The notes beneath the pieces were generated by a model. That model was not told the DNA's origin. It ran no database searches and saw only the letters and a program-made list of their open reading frames with translations. Positions 18,953-31,601 of a stretch of DNA of 64,000 nucleotides are shown piece after piece. The DNA comes from an uncultured bacterium (GTDB lineage: Bacteria; Patescibacteriota; JABMPQ01; CAVVCK01): contig CAVVCK010000002.1 of NCBI GenBank assembly GCA_963746775.1, positions 303,592-367,591 on the forward strand, written 5' to 3'. The position numbers were made by a program, and so were the translations under genes. Position 1 is the first letter of the stretch; each line of letters begins with the position of its first letter.

Positions 18953-19672
18953 TCACTGCCCCCTAGCCAATACTAATCCCCAAATCTCTTTTGGATTAAG
19001 TTTATCAATTTCTTTGGCACACTCCTCTAATGTTGAGCTAGTTGTACAAACATCATCTATTATAAATACTAATTTGTTCTCTAAGCTAAAATTATTATTT
19101 ATTTCAAAAGCCCCTTTAATATTTTTTCTTCTGGTTAATGAATCCTGTTTGGCTTGTGACTTGGTATTTTTAACTCTTTTAATAACACTATTTCTGACTT
19201 CTACTCCGATTTTATTACCTAACTCCCTAGCTATTAAACTAGCTTGATTGAAACCTCTTTCCCTTTCTCTTTTTCTGTGCAGGGGAATAGGAATTAAAAT
19301 AATATTTTTTAAGTTTACTTTATTTTCTTTTTGCCAAATTTTAAATCCTTTTTGTAATATAACGGCTAAAGGTTTGCTTAAATCTTGAATAAATTTATAT
19401 TTCATAAGATGAACAGCTTTTTGTAAAAGCTTATCTTCATAAGTACCGGCTATAATTATCCCCTTCATTTTTGAATAAACATTGCATTTATCACAATATG
19501 ATCCATCTATATTTTTAGAAAAACATTTGGGACAAGCTTGGTTCTTTTTAATTTTTATTCTTTCAAAACATTTTTTACAAATCCATTCCCCTTCTTTGTC
19601 GCAACCTATGCATTTTACAGGAAACAAAATGTCTAAAATAAAATTATAAATTTTCCCTAGCGTCTCCTTCAT
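18953..19672 (-). CDS. comF: ComF-family phosphoribosyltransferase-domain protein
   Basis: N-terminal Cys-rich zinc finger (CIGCDKEGEWICKKC ... CPKCFS...CDKC) and the PRTase motif VFIIDDVCTTSSTLEECAKEI. Confidence 0.7.
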   Translation of the reverse strand: MKETLGKIYNFILDILFPVKCIGCDKEGEWICKKCFERIKIKKNQACPKCFSKNIDGSYCDKCNVYSKMKGIIIAGTYEDKLLQKAVHLMKYKFIQDLSKPLAVILQKGFKIWQKENKVNLKNIILIPIPLHRKRERERGFNQASLIARELGNKIGVEVRNSVIKRVKNTKSQAKQDSLTRRKNIKGAFEINNNFSLENKLVFIIDDVCTTSSTLEECAKEIDKLNPKEIWGLVLARGQ

Positions 19673-20249
19673 TGTTTTTTATTTTCTGATCTTCCGACAA
19701 GCTTCTATTAAATTTATATAGCCTTATTAAATAATCACCTAAACTAATACAACCAAAAAACAAAGTAGCATAAGCCATTACGGACCTATATGGCCAGCTA
19801 AAAAGATAAAAAACTCCAGTCGTATATATAAAAATTATAGTAAATTCAGCTACAATTAATTTCTCAGAAAATAATTCTCCTTTAGCAAAATAAATTAATA
19901 AGCAACCTGACAATCCTGTAAATAAAATAGCTAAATATGAATAAAAAGCAATACTAGGAAAGTTATGATAATGAAAAATAAATAATATCGTAAACAGCAC
20001 CAAAAAAGTATCCGCCATTTGTTCTAAAATCAAGCCTAGTTTTGTTTTTTGATTTAATTTACGAGCTAAGAACCCATCTAATTTATCTGATAATACTCCA
20101 CCTACAAACAACCATTTAATTATATGTGTTTTATAGTTTAAAAAAGTAAATATTAAAATCAAGAAAGCAACTAAAATTCTGCCTGTTGTTATTATATTTG
20201 GTATTTTCAAAAAATCCTTATGTTTTATTTCTTCATCTATATTCGTCAT
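19644..20249 (-). CDS. CDP-alcohol phosphatidyltransferase (PgsA-like)
   Basis: DKLDGFLARKLNQKTKLGLILEQMADT fits the D-G-x2-A-R...G-x3-D-x3-D motif. Multiple TM helices. Overlaps the comF start by 29 bp. Confidence 0.7.
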   Translation of the reverse strand: MTNIDEEIKHKDFLKIPNIITTGRILVAFLILIFTFLNYKTHIIKWLFVGGVLSDKLDGFLARKLNQKTKLGLILEQMADTFLVLFTILFIFHYHNFPSIAFYSYLAILFTGLSGCLLIYFAKGELFSEKLIVAEFTIIFIYTTGVFYLFSWPYRSVMAYATLFFGCISLGDYLIRLYKFNRSLSEDQKIKNNEGDARENL

Positions 20250-20701
20250 TTTGACAATTTTTCTTTTACTAATTTACTAACTAAATTCCCATCCGCCTTC
20301 CCCTTCAATTCTGCCATCACCTTCCCCATCACTTTTCCAAAATCAGCTGCACTAGCTGCTCTGGTATCAGCTATCACTTTTCCCACTATTTTACCAACTT
20401 CTTCTTCTGACATTTGTTCTGGCATATAATTTTTTAAAATCTCTAACTCTTTTTCTTCTTTGGCTGCTAGTTCATCCCTGCCGCCAGATTTGAAAGACTC
20501 AATAGAATCATTTCTTTTCTTTGCTTCAGAAGCTACAACTTGTCCTATTTCCTCATCAGACAAACCCTCTCTTTTCTTTAATTCTATTTCTTTATTTTTT
20601 ATAGCTGATTGTAGCATACGTAAAACTGAAACCCTGTTTTCTTCTTTAGCTTTTAGAGATGTTATTAGATCTTTTTTTATTTGGTCTTGTAGATTTGACA
20701 T
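20246..20701 (-). CDS. GatB/YqeY-domain protein
   Basis: 151 aa, alignable end to end with the YqeY family (LKAKEENRVSVLRMLQSAIKNKEIE ... ADFGKVMGKVMAEL). Confidence 0.8.
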   Translation of the reverse strand: MSNLQDQIKKDLITSLKAKEENRVSVLRMLQSAIKNKEIELKKREGLSDEEIGQVVASEAKKRNDSIESFKSGGRDELAAKEEKELEILKNYMPEQMSEEEVGKIVGKVIADTRAASAADFGKVMGKVMAELKGKADGNLVSKLVKEKLSK

Positions 20702-20777
20702 GTTTTATATTATTAAATGTTTAATTTTTATATTAATAAATATATGATATAATATTTCCAAAAATAAATCCAATAAA

Positions 20778-22079
20778 ATGAAAAACCAAACCAAAATTAT
20801 CATAGCTATTGTAGCTATAATAGCAGTTTTAATTATTGCTAGCGGCAGCTACGCAGCTTATTATTTTCTTCTTAGAGACAAAGGAAATAATAATACCCAG
20901 TCAGAAACACTTACTGAGAAACTTGGCCTAACAGAAAAAAATAATGTCAAAGAACCAGAAATAATCACTGTCGAACAAAAACCTGGAGAAGAAATAAAAG
21001 AAGAGAATACTACAAATGAATCTATTGATTCTGAAAAAAGTGATTCAGACAGTAGTATTCAAAATTCCAGTACAACTCCTATAGATGAAAATGATTCAGA
21101 TGGTGATGGCTTAACAGATACTGAGGAAGCTAAATATAAAACTGATCCTAACAAAATTGACACTGATGATGACGGCTATTCTGATTATTTGGAAATAAAA
21201 TCTGGCAATAATCCTCTTAAAGCTCCAGAAAAAAAGGAAGAAACAGAAACTACTCCTCCAGCTATATCAGAAGAAAATACAAACAGTGATACTACTCAAA
21301 CATATACTGATCCTCAAGAAAAAATGTATGTTTTCTTTATGCACCACTCTACCGGCGAGATATACTGGAATAGTGGGCTAAATCAAGCTTTATTTGGTCA
21401 TAATTATGAAGGTTATGCTCCTTGGTGGGATGGCAATACTGATCCTCAGGATTTTTACAATGAGTTTAGTGATGAAAGTAAGTGGAAAATTATTGCCAAT
21501 GACAATATGCCTGATGGAAAAACTAGAAATATTGTGCTTTTTAAATCTTGTTTCCCCGCTAGTAACATAGAAAGTGATGAAATGTTAGAAGAATATAAAA
21601 CTAATTACAAAAAGTTATTTGCTATCTATGCTGCTCATCCTGATATACTATTTGTTCCTATGTCCACTCCTCCCTTGCTGCAAGTAAATACTACAGCTGA
21701 TAATGCCAAGAGAGCACAAGATTTTGAAAATTGGCTGATAGCTGGTTATGTAGCTGACTATACCAAATACTCTCAAAATAATTTAACTTATAATACTAAA
21801 GATTATAATATCGGTGGGTTTAGAATTCCTCGAGGACTATTTTCTATACCTAAAAATAAGCAGATTTCAGACGCTATCACTCAAGCCTCTATTACGAGTA
21901 CTAATTTAGCTCCTTTTCCTCTACACTCCCTCTTAGCCAATTCCAATGGTTATTTAGCCTCAAGCTATCAATCAGATCCAGCAGATGATCATCCCAATGA
22001 TAAATCAGGAGAAGTAGTTGGTGAGGCTATGTGGAAACATTTAAATAAGGCAATTGTTGAAGCTTCCATGGTGGAGTAG
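20778..22079 (+). CDS. membrane-anchored TSP3-like repeat protein with unknown C-terminal globular domain
   Basis: N-terminal TM (IIIAIVAIIAVLIIASGSYAAYYFLL). DENDSDGDGLTDTEEAKYKTDPNKIDTDDDGYSDYLEIKSGNNPL. About 250-aa C-terminal domain of unknown function. Confidence 0.5.
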   Translation: MKNQTKIIIAIVAIIAVLIIASGSYAAYYFLLRDKGNNNTQSETLTEKLGLTEKNNVKEPEIITVEQKPGEEIKEENTTNESIDSEKSDSDSSIQNSSTTPIDENDSDGDGLTDTEEAKYKTDPNKIDTDDDGYSDYLEIKSGNNPLKAPEKKEETETTPPAISEENTNSDTTQTYTDPQEKMYVFFMHHSTGEIYWNSGLNQALFGHNYEGYAPWWDGNTDPQDFYNEFSDESKWKIIANDNMPDGKTRNIVLFKSCFPASNIESDEMLEEYKTNYKKLFAIYAAHPDILFVPMSTPPLLQVNTTADNAKRAQDFENWLIAGYVADYTKYSQNNLTYNTKDYNIGGFRIPRGLFSIPKNKQISDAITQASITSTNLAPFPLHSLLANSNGYLASSYQSDPADDHPNDKSGEVVGEAMWKHLNKAIVEASMVE

Positions 22080-22102
22080 AATTTATTGGTCTTAATATAC
22101 AA

Positions 22103-22130
22103 AAAATCCCACTAGATATAGTGGGATTTT
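22103..22130. terminator. bidirectional terminator (perfect 12-bp stem)
   Basis: AAAATCCCACTA gatata TAGTGGGATTTT between convergent genes. Confidence 0.6.
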
Positions 22131-22151
22131 AAATTTAAGTAAAATAAATAC

Positions 22152-23093
22152 TTAAAATAATTGCAACCATCCTTCCGCTGCACTAGCGCAATAATAATAT
22201 CTATTAGCGCTTCCTTGCCCTCCTATAGCTGTTGTACTAAATATTAAGTCTCCTTTATGATCATCAGTACATGCGTATGGCTGGCCATCTCTTGGTTTAA
22301 TGTTAACAATACTATCCAGTTTTAAAGATGCCGAATCATCTTCTTCACAGCCTAAACGACTTGTATCATTTGTTCCACATATTTCGCCATCCATTTGTAT
22401 TCTATCATGAATAAATACATTGCCATGAAGACTTGTACCATAATTTACATTTAAATTACCCGCATCAATTACTTGGCCTATTATTTGACCTTGTGATGAA
22501 AGAGAGATTGAAGGTGTAGTTGATGAAACGTCTGTATTATATATAAATACACCATTTTCCCACCATCCATCTCCACTATCACGCAGATCACTGTTGCCCC
22601 AAATCTCTATTGCTTTATTGGTTTTTACTGTACCAGTAAAATATCCATTTCTCCACCGATTACTATCCGTACCCAAATCATAAGCTCCATTAACACTGGG
22701 CTGTATGCTATCAGCAAACTTGACTGCGCCATATCCCCTGGAAATTTCACCATCTACTCTTAGGTTATCAGCAATAATAACTGGATCTCCTCCTAATCCC
22801 AGCCTATCTATCCTTCCATTTACTCTTAAATCATCACCTATTGTTACGGGAAAATTTCCTACTCTAGTTCTGGTTGGATCTGTTTCTGTTGCGCTCTGAT
22901 CATTAATAATAGTGCCATTTAAGTAAGAAACTCCTCTAACTTTTAAGTCTGAGGCATATATTGACGAATAAGTAGGACCTAACGCCTCTGCCGGTTGAAG
23001 CACGTTATCTTCACTAGCAGAAACAGAACCCAAGACTAGGAAAACACCAAAAATAATTCCCAAACCTAAAACTATACTTTTCCAATTTTTCAT
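22152..23093 (-). CDS. secreted beta-rich surface protein, hypothetical
   Basis: Signal/TM MKNWKSIVLGLGIIFGVFLVLGSVSA. Gly/Asn-rich repetitive beta-structure. A very strong RBS and leader are shared with the pilin gene (see findings). Confidence 0.5.
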   Translation of the reverse strand: MKNWKSIVLGLGIIFGVFLVLGSVSASEDNVLQPAEALGPTYSSIYASDLKVRGVSYLNGTIINDQSATETDPTRTRVGNFPVTIGDDLRVNGRIDRLGLGGDPVIIADNLRVDGEISRGYGAVKFADSIQPSVNGAYDLGTDSNRWRNGYFTGTVKTNKAIEIWGNSDLRDSGDGWWENGVFIYNTDVSSTTPSISLSSQGQIIGQVIDAGNLNVNYGTSLHGNVFIHDRIQMDGEICGTNDTSRLGCEEDDSASLKLDSIVNIKPRDGQPYACTDDHKGDLIFSTTAIGGQGSANRYYYCASAAEGWLQLF

Positions 23094-23226
23094 TTATTTT
23101 CACCTCCCTTCATATAATTTTACTTTAATTTATACCTTATTCTAACACCCCCCCCTATTTGTCTAGAATTATGTGTGGATAAAAATAGCAGCACCAACCT
23201 CCCAGGTTGGCAATTTAAAAAAAGAC

Positions 23227-23256
23227 CAACCCGGAGGGGTTGGTCCTACAATTTAA
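23227..23256 (-). terminator. rho-independent terminator for the 23271..23960 gene
   Basis: Minus strand reads GACCAACCCCTCCGGGTTGGTC followed by TTTTTTT. A second similar CCAACC...GGTTGG hairpin lies at about 23197-23216. Confidence 0.55.
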
Positions 23257-23270
23257 GTTTTATTTGTTTT

Positions 23271-23960
23271 CTAAGAAAATCTTTTCAAAAACTTCCAAGA
23301 AAAAATATAATTTTTATTCACTTTCAGGCTTCTAATTTTTATATACTGAGTTATCCTATTTAACAAGCTATTTATAACTAAGAAACTAGCCCAAGTACCT
23401 ATGGCAAATAATCCTCTTTCCATCAATACTGTTGGAATTAAACCTGTCCAAACTATTGCTGGCAAATTAAGAGCATATAAAAACGCTACTGATCCAATAG
23501 CATGCGCTGTAAAAGTAGCACCTAGGCTATTTAAAATAAGTCTATCTTTCTTAAATAAGGCTATAATAGGAATTAACCAAAACAAAGCAAAATACCAAGC
23601 CTGCCTTCCTTCTGGATGTGCCCAGAATAAAATCATGCAGATTGTAGGTATAATTGATATTTTTTTAGACTTAGTGCCGAAATACAAAGCGGCCGCTGCC
23701 ATAGGAAAAAAACGAATAATAGTCAACCAATCCAACCCTTTTCCAGTAAATAAAAATTCTGATATTTTTACTAGCACCACTGACAAAGCTGCCGGCCAAG
23801 CGCCCAAAATCATCCCACCAATTGGTCCCATAAAATCAAAAAGGCTAAAAGATTGGCTAGAGCCTATAATATTAGTAAAAGGAATCTTCAAGGCAATGAA
23901 ACCTAAAACAGCGAAGATAGCTATAAATGAAATTTTTCTTAATATTTTATTGTTTTTCAT
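23271..23960 (-). CDS. polytopic membrane protein (possible small-substrate transporter component), hypothetical
   Basis: 229 aa with 5-6 predicted TM helices. No catalytic motif; the resemblance to ECF-type S components is weak. Confidence 0.4.
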   Translation of the reverse strand: MKNNKILRKISFIAIFAVLGFIALKIPFTNIIGSSQSFSLFDFMGPIGGMILGAWPAALSVVLVKISEFLFTGKGLDWLTIIRFFPMAAAALYFGTKSKKISIIPTICMILFWAHPEGRQAWYFALFWLIPIIALFKKDRLILNSLGATFTAHAIGSVAFLYALNLPAIVWTGLIPTVLMERGLFAIGTWASFLVINSLLNRITQYIKIRSLKVNKNYIFSWKFLKRFS

Positions 23961-24054
23961 TAATTAAAGTTAAAAAGTAGATTATTTATGGATTACAATT
24001 TTACATCTTTAATTACAACATAATTTTTTATTCTAAATACTAGATTCTACCTTA

Positions 24055-25386
24055 CTAATTATTATCATTTCTCTTCTCTAACTGTATCGTCATAGTCTTC
24101 TCCTCTCCCTTATGCCATATTTTTAATTCTATTTCTTCTCCAATTTTATGTTTATTAATAAGTTTAACTAACGTGTTTTTACTATCTACTTTCTCTCCTG
24201 CTACTTCTAAAATTATATCATTTTCTACAATACCAGCTTTATCTGCCGGGCTACCAGGAACTACTGCTAATTCATCACTTCCTGTCCCACGAGCAACTAA
24301 AGCACCATAATCATATGACAGATTATTTGATTTTGCAATGCTCTGATCAATCATCTGGTAGCGAACTCCTAAATATGGTGTAGAAATTTCTCCATTCTTC
24401 TGAGCACTCTCTATATCAATTTTAGCATCATTTACTGGCATAGCAAAACCTATTAATTGCCCTGAAGAATCTATAGCTGTATTTATACCAATAACTTGCC
24501 CAGCTATATTAATCAAAGGACCTCCGGAATTGCCTGGATTAATAGCTGCATCTGTCTGAATAATGTTACTTAAATCTTCCGTAGATTGTCCAGTATTATC
24601 ACCAGCTGTAATAGCTCTACCTAAGCCTGAAACAACACCTTTAGTAACCGTATTATGGTACTCACCTAGAGCATAACCTATAGCAATTACAGTTTGTCCT
24701 ATTTGCAGAGAATCAGAATCTCCTAATTCAACTGGAGTTAGATTGGAGGCATCTATTTTTAAGATAGCCATATCATTTACTGGGTCTTTAGCTAAAACCC
24801 TAGCTTCATATTGTTGTTCATCATTAGTGATAACTGTATATTTTACATCGCTGAAGCTTACAACATGCTTATTAGTAAGTATTAAACCGTCAGTCGAAAT
24901 AATAAAGCCCGATCCCCCACCAATCTTTTGTGATTCTGTATCTCCACTGGAATCAGAATTATTATCAGGAGTTTGTTGATTTGGAGTTTGATCATTTAAT
25001 CCAAAACCATTAAAGAAATCATTAAAAAATGGATCATTAAAAGGACTCTGATACTGTTGCTGATATAATTTTTCTACATCTTGAGAAACTACAATACTAA
25101 CTACTGAAGGTTCTACTTTTTTTACAGCCTCAATCGTTTCCGATTCTTCTTGAACTGTAACATTCTGTTGTATAATTGGTTGTTCTTTCTTTATGTATTT
25201 TTGATAGAGAGCAATACCTATACCAGAAAAAGCAAAACCACCGATAGAGCTTACTACGAAACTTATAATTACCGTAATTGTAATTACTCCACAATAGCCA
25301 GGCCTTTTCTTTGATTTTTTGGGCTTTTCTGATTTTATAGTGCTAGGTGCTGTCAGAGGTGTTGGGTTAGATGTGTTATTTTCCAT
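24055..25386 (-). CDS. htrA: HtrA/DegP-family serine protease with PDZ domain
   Basis: N-terminal TM. Trypsin-like catalytic triad context: TNKHVV (His), DMAILKI (Asp), GNSGGPLINIAGQVIGINTA (Ser). C-terminal PDZ domain. Confidence 0.85.
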   Translation of the reverse strand: MENNTSNPTPLTAPSTIKSEKPKKSKKRPGYCGVITITVIISFVVSSIGGFAFSGIGIALYQKYIKKEQPIIQQNVTVQEESETIEAVKKVEPSVVSIVVSQDVEKLYQQQYQSPFNDPFFNDFFNGFGLNDQTPNQQTPDNNSDSSGDTESQKIGGGSGFIISTDGLILTNKHVVSFSDVKYTVITNDEQQYEARVLAKDPVNDMAILKIDASNLTPVELGDSDSLQIGQTVIAIGYALGEYHNTVTKGVVSGLGRAITAGDNTGQSTEDLSNIIQTDAAINPGNSGGPLINIAGQVIGINTAIDSSGQLIGFAMPVNDAKIDIESAQKNGEISTPYLGVRYQMIDQSIAKSNNLSYDYGALVARGTGSDELAVVPGSPADKAGIVENDIILEVAGEKVDSKNTLVKLINKHKIGEEIELKIWHKGEEKTMTIQLEKRNDNN

Positions 25387-25510
25387 ATTTTTTAGAAGTT
25401 ATTTGCTATTTAAAAATTTCTAATTTCCAATTACCAATAAAATGTTAAATATCTAATAAATTTTTAAAAATTTAACATTAAAAATTTTATTAGAAATTAG
25501 GTATTGGAAA

Positions 25511-26998
25511 TTAAGAATTAAGTTTATTATTTTGACTTTTAATCCCTATATTTATCATTGGTTCTTCTTCATGCCATTTAGTATCTGCTTCATATGCTCC
25601 TGCTACTTCTAAAATCATTTTTTCATTATAGTAATTTCCAATTATCTGTAAACCACAAGGTAAATTATTAGAAAATCCACAAGGAATAGATATAGCTGGT
25701 AAGCCAGAAACAGAAGCCGGTACAGTTAATAAATCAGCCATATACATAGCCAAAGGATCATCAAATTTTGCTTCTAAATCAAAAGCTACAGTTGGCGTAG
25801 TCGGACCTACTATAAAATCTACTTTATTAAATACGGATTTAAAGTCATTTATTATTCGCGTTCTGACTTGTAGTGCTTTTTTATAATAAGCATCATAATA
25901 GCCAGAAGATAAAGCAAAAGTACCAATCATTATTCTTCTTTTTACTTCATCCCCAAAACCTTCTCTCCTAGATTTCAAGTAATTCTCAATTAAATTTTCT
26001 GATTTTCGGCTAGTATAGCCATAACGTATCCCATCATATCGAGCTAAATTTGAGCTAGCCTCACAGGGTAGGACTACATAATAGCAAGCTAGAGCATATT
26101 CCGAATGAGGCAAGCTTACTTCTTCTATTTTTGCACCTAAATCTTCTAATTTTTTAATAGCTTCTTCTGTTTTCTTTTTCACATCACTATTTATACCTTT
26201 TCCAAAAAATTCTTTGGGTACTCCACATTTTAAGCCTTTTATTTTAGGATAAAAATTATTGATCAATTCCGGTGAAGCTTCGTTGATACAAGTAGAATCA
26301 TTCTCATCTGGACCAGAAATAATATCAAATACTGTGGCTGCATCTTCTACGCTATTAGCAATAGGTCCAATTTGATCAAAACTAGAACAAAGTGAAGCTA
26401 GACCATAACGAGATACTCGTCCATAAGTAGGCTTAAGTGCTACCAAATTACAAAAAGCTGCTGGTTGTCTAATAGATCCACCTGTATCAGAGCCTAGAGC
26501 AAATACTGCCTCTCCCGAAGAAACTGCTGCTACTGACCCACCAGATGATCCACCAGGCACTTTTTTTAAATCCCAAGGATTTTTTGTTTTTTTAAAGGCT
26601 GAGGTTTCAGTTGAAGCTCCCATAGCAAACTCGTCCATATTGGTTTTGCCCAAGAAAACTGTTCCCTGCTCTTTTAATCTTTTTATAACCGTAGCGTCAT
26701 AAGAAGCAGTATAATTTTCCAACATCTTTGAAGCTGAAGTACATTTTACACCTTCAATTAATATATTATCTTTTATGGCACTAGGAATTCCTTCTAATAT
26801 ATTTATTTCCCCACCTTGAGAAATTTTTCTATCAACGTCTTTGGCTTGATTGATAGCCATATCTTCAGTTATAGTTAAAAATGAATCAACCTTTGGTTCT
26901 AATTTTTTAATACTATCCAAATAAGATTGAGTTAACTCAACTGAAGAAATTTCTTTTTTATTTAATTTTTCGTGTAATTGTTTTATAGATTCTTTCAT
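25511..26998 (-). CDS. gatA: Glu/Asp-tRNA amidotransferase subunit A
   Basis: Amidase signature GGSSGGSVAAVSSGEAVFALGSDTGGSIRQPAAFC. Confidence 0.9.
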   Translation of the reverse strand: MKESIKQLHEKLNKKEISSVELTQSYLDSIKKLEPKVDSFLTITEDMAINQAKDVDRKISQGGEINILEGIPSAIKDNILIEGVKCTSASKMLENYTASYDATVIKRLKEQGTVFLGKTNMDEFAMGASTETSAFKKTKNPWDLKKVPGGSSGGSVAAVSSGEAVFALGSDTGGSIRQPAAFCNLVALKPTYGRVSRYGLASLCSSFDQIGPIANSVEDAATVFDIISGPDENDSTCINEASPELINNFYPKIKGLKCGVPKEFFGKGINSDVKKKTEEAIKKLEDLGAKIEEVSLPHSEYALACYYVVLPCEASSNLARYDGIRYGYTSRKSENLIENYLKSRREGFGDEVKRRIMIGTFALSSGYYDAYYKKALQVRTRIINDFKSVFNKVDFIVGPTTPTVAFDLEAKFDDPLAMYMADLLTVPASVSGLPAISIPCGFSNNLPCGLQIIGNYYNEKMILEVAGAYEADTKWHEEEPMINIGIKSQNNKLNS

Positions 26999-27037
26999 TT
27001 TTTATATTACTAATCTCTATTTACTACTAACTAAACC

Positions 27038-27325
27038 CTAATTCAATACCGCTCTTACCTTCACATACTTTCCATCATTTCCCGGTGCTGCTTTTACTAA
27101 CTTTTCTTCTTTTCCAAATTTCTCCTCATTGTCACTTCTAAAACTATTTATTCTGCCGATAACCTGATAGGTAGGTTCAATGTTTTCCGTGTCTACTTCA
27201 TTTAATTTTTCTACAAAATTTAAAATAGTAGTCAGTTCTTCTGCATATTTTTCTTTATCTTGCTCAGTTAGCTCAATACGAGCTAATTTGGCAATATGTT
27301 CTACTTTTTCTTTTTCTAATTTCAT
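27038..27325 (-). CDS. gatC: Glu/Asp-tRNA amidotransferase subunit C
   Basis: 95 aa; VEHIAKLARIELTEQDKEKYAEELTTILNFVEKLNEVD is typical GatC. Confidence 0.8.
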   Translation of the reverse strand: MKLEKEKVEHIAKLARIELTEQDKEKYAEELTTILNFVEKLNEVDTENIEPTYQVIGRINSFRSDNEEKFGKEEKLVKAAPGNDGKYVKVRAVLN

Positions 27326-27423
27326 TAGTTTCGATGCTAATATACTAATACATACTAATTATACGAATGAATTATTAGTATAATTCACATCAATTCGTAT
27401 ATTAGTATCGATTTATATTATAC

Positions 27424-30372
<2,949 letters not shown>

Positions 30373-30390
30373 AATATTATTTTTAAAAAA

Positions 30391-30519
30391 TTCATCTAAT
30401 TCATCTAATTCATCTAAGGCCTAATTCACCTAATAAAAGGTTGAATAACAAAATATTAAATATTTTTTAAATTTATTAATTTGACTTTTAGTTATTTTAT
30501 TAGGTGAATTAGATGAATT
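30391..30519. repeat. imperfect inverted repeat of about 25-bp arms (with a 3x TTCATCTAA tandem) between convergent genes
   Basis: Left arm ttcatctaattcatctaattcatctaaggcctaattcacctaataaaa, right arm ttttattaggtgaattagatgaatt, about 60 bp apart. Confidence 0.5.
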
Positions 30520-30548
30520 GGAAATTAGCTTTTTTACCTACAGTTCAA

Positions 30549-31343
30549 TCATCCTATCAATCCAAGATACCACCCAAAAATAACCTCTCCAAAAAACATA
30601 CTTATAAACGTTCCAACTACTAAAAAGGTTCCCATAGGAACTTTTTCTTTTAACTTTTTCTTTTTAGAAACTAATAAAATAACCCCAATTATAGCTCCAA
30701 TCACATAGGAAAAAAATAGCATGACTAAGGCCTCTGGCCAGGATAAAATTATGCCTAAAAATATTCCAAATTTTACATCTCCTGCCCCTATCCATTTGCC
30801 TTTTGATAATAAATATAAAATTAAAAAAAATCCAAATACTAAAAATATTGAAAATACGTGAGTTATTATAAATTCTAAAGACTTAGTGTAAAATGATTCA
30901 AAAATTATATCTAAAATACCAATTATTATGCCTGAAAATAAAATTCTATCGAGTATTAAATAATATTTTAAATCATAAATAAAAATCGTAATCAGAATAA
31001 CTGCAAAAATATATCTTACTGATAAATTTATAATTGACACAAGTGAACTATCAATTAAATTATTCTCATTAATAAATTTAATAAATAATAATACAAAAAT
31101 TATTCCTGTAACAAATTCAACTAAAGGATATTGCCAACTAATTTTACTTTTACAATATCTGCATTTTCTCCCCAGAAAGATAAAACTAAAAATAGGTATT
31201 AAATCAAAGAAACCTAATTTATGATGACATTTAGTACACTCAGACCTATCCCACATGCTCATTTCTTCATAAAGTCGATAAACTAGAGCATTTATAAAGC
31301 TCCCCATACACAAACCTATTGTAAATATAAATAAAAACGTCAT
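30549..31343 (-). CDS. pilD: prepilin peptidase (A24 family)
   Basis: N-terminal Zn-binding C-x-x-C...C-x-x-C module (CTKCHHKLGFFDLIPIFSFIFLGRKCRYC). Polytopic core with the GAGDVKF active-site Asp region. Confidence 0.8.
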   Translation of the reverse strand: MTFLFIFTIGLCMGSFINALVYRLYEEMSMWDRSECTKCHHKLGFFDLIPIFSFIFLGRKCRYCKSKISWQYPLVEFVTGIIFVLLFIKFINENNLIDSSLVSIINLSVRYIFAVILITIFIYDLKYYLILDRILFSGIIIGILDIIFESFYTKSLEFIITHVFSIFLVFGFFLILYLLSKGKWIGAGDVKFGIFLGIILSWPEALVMLFFSYVIGAIIGVILLVSKKKKLKEKVPMGTFLVVGTFISMFFGEVIFGWYLGLIG

Positions 31344-31537
31344 ATTAATTCAAAATTTTGATTTTCAAATTTATTTAATTTTATCATAAATAAACTACGT
31401 ATGAAAGATATCACTGTAAGATGACAAATAACCATTTATAAACCAAATACAAATTTCTGTAGTTTTATTATAATTATAATCCATGTATTAAATTCATACG
31501 TGGTAAAATAGATTCTAAACATCCAAGCTTTCATACG

Positions 31538-31577
31538 TAGTAAACAAAAAACGGTAACTAATTAGATTACCGTTTTT
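31538..31577 (-). terminator. rho-independent terminator of the pilin gene
   Basis: Minus strand hairpin AACGGTAATCTAATTAGTTACCGTT followed by TTTTTTGTTT. Confidence 0.55.
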
Positions 31578-31601
31578 ATGTTTTATTATCAAAATTACAG
31601 G

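Noticed and set aside
23401-23967. 188-aa plus-strand ORF in the track
   Set aside because: It lies entirely antisense to the 229-aa polytopic membrane protein gene (23271..23960), whose hydrophobicity pattern is coherent. It is a shadow ORF.
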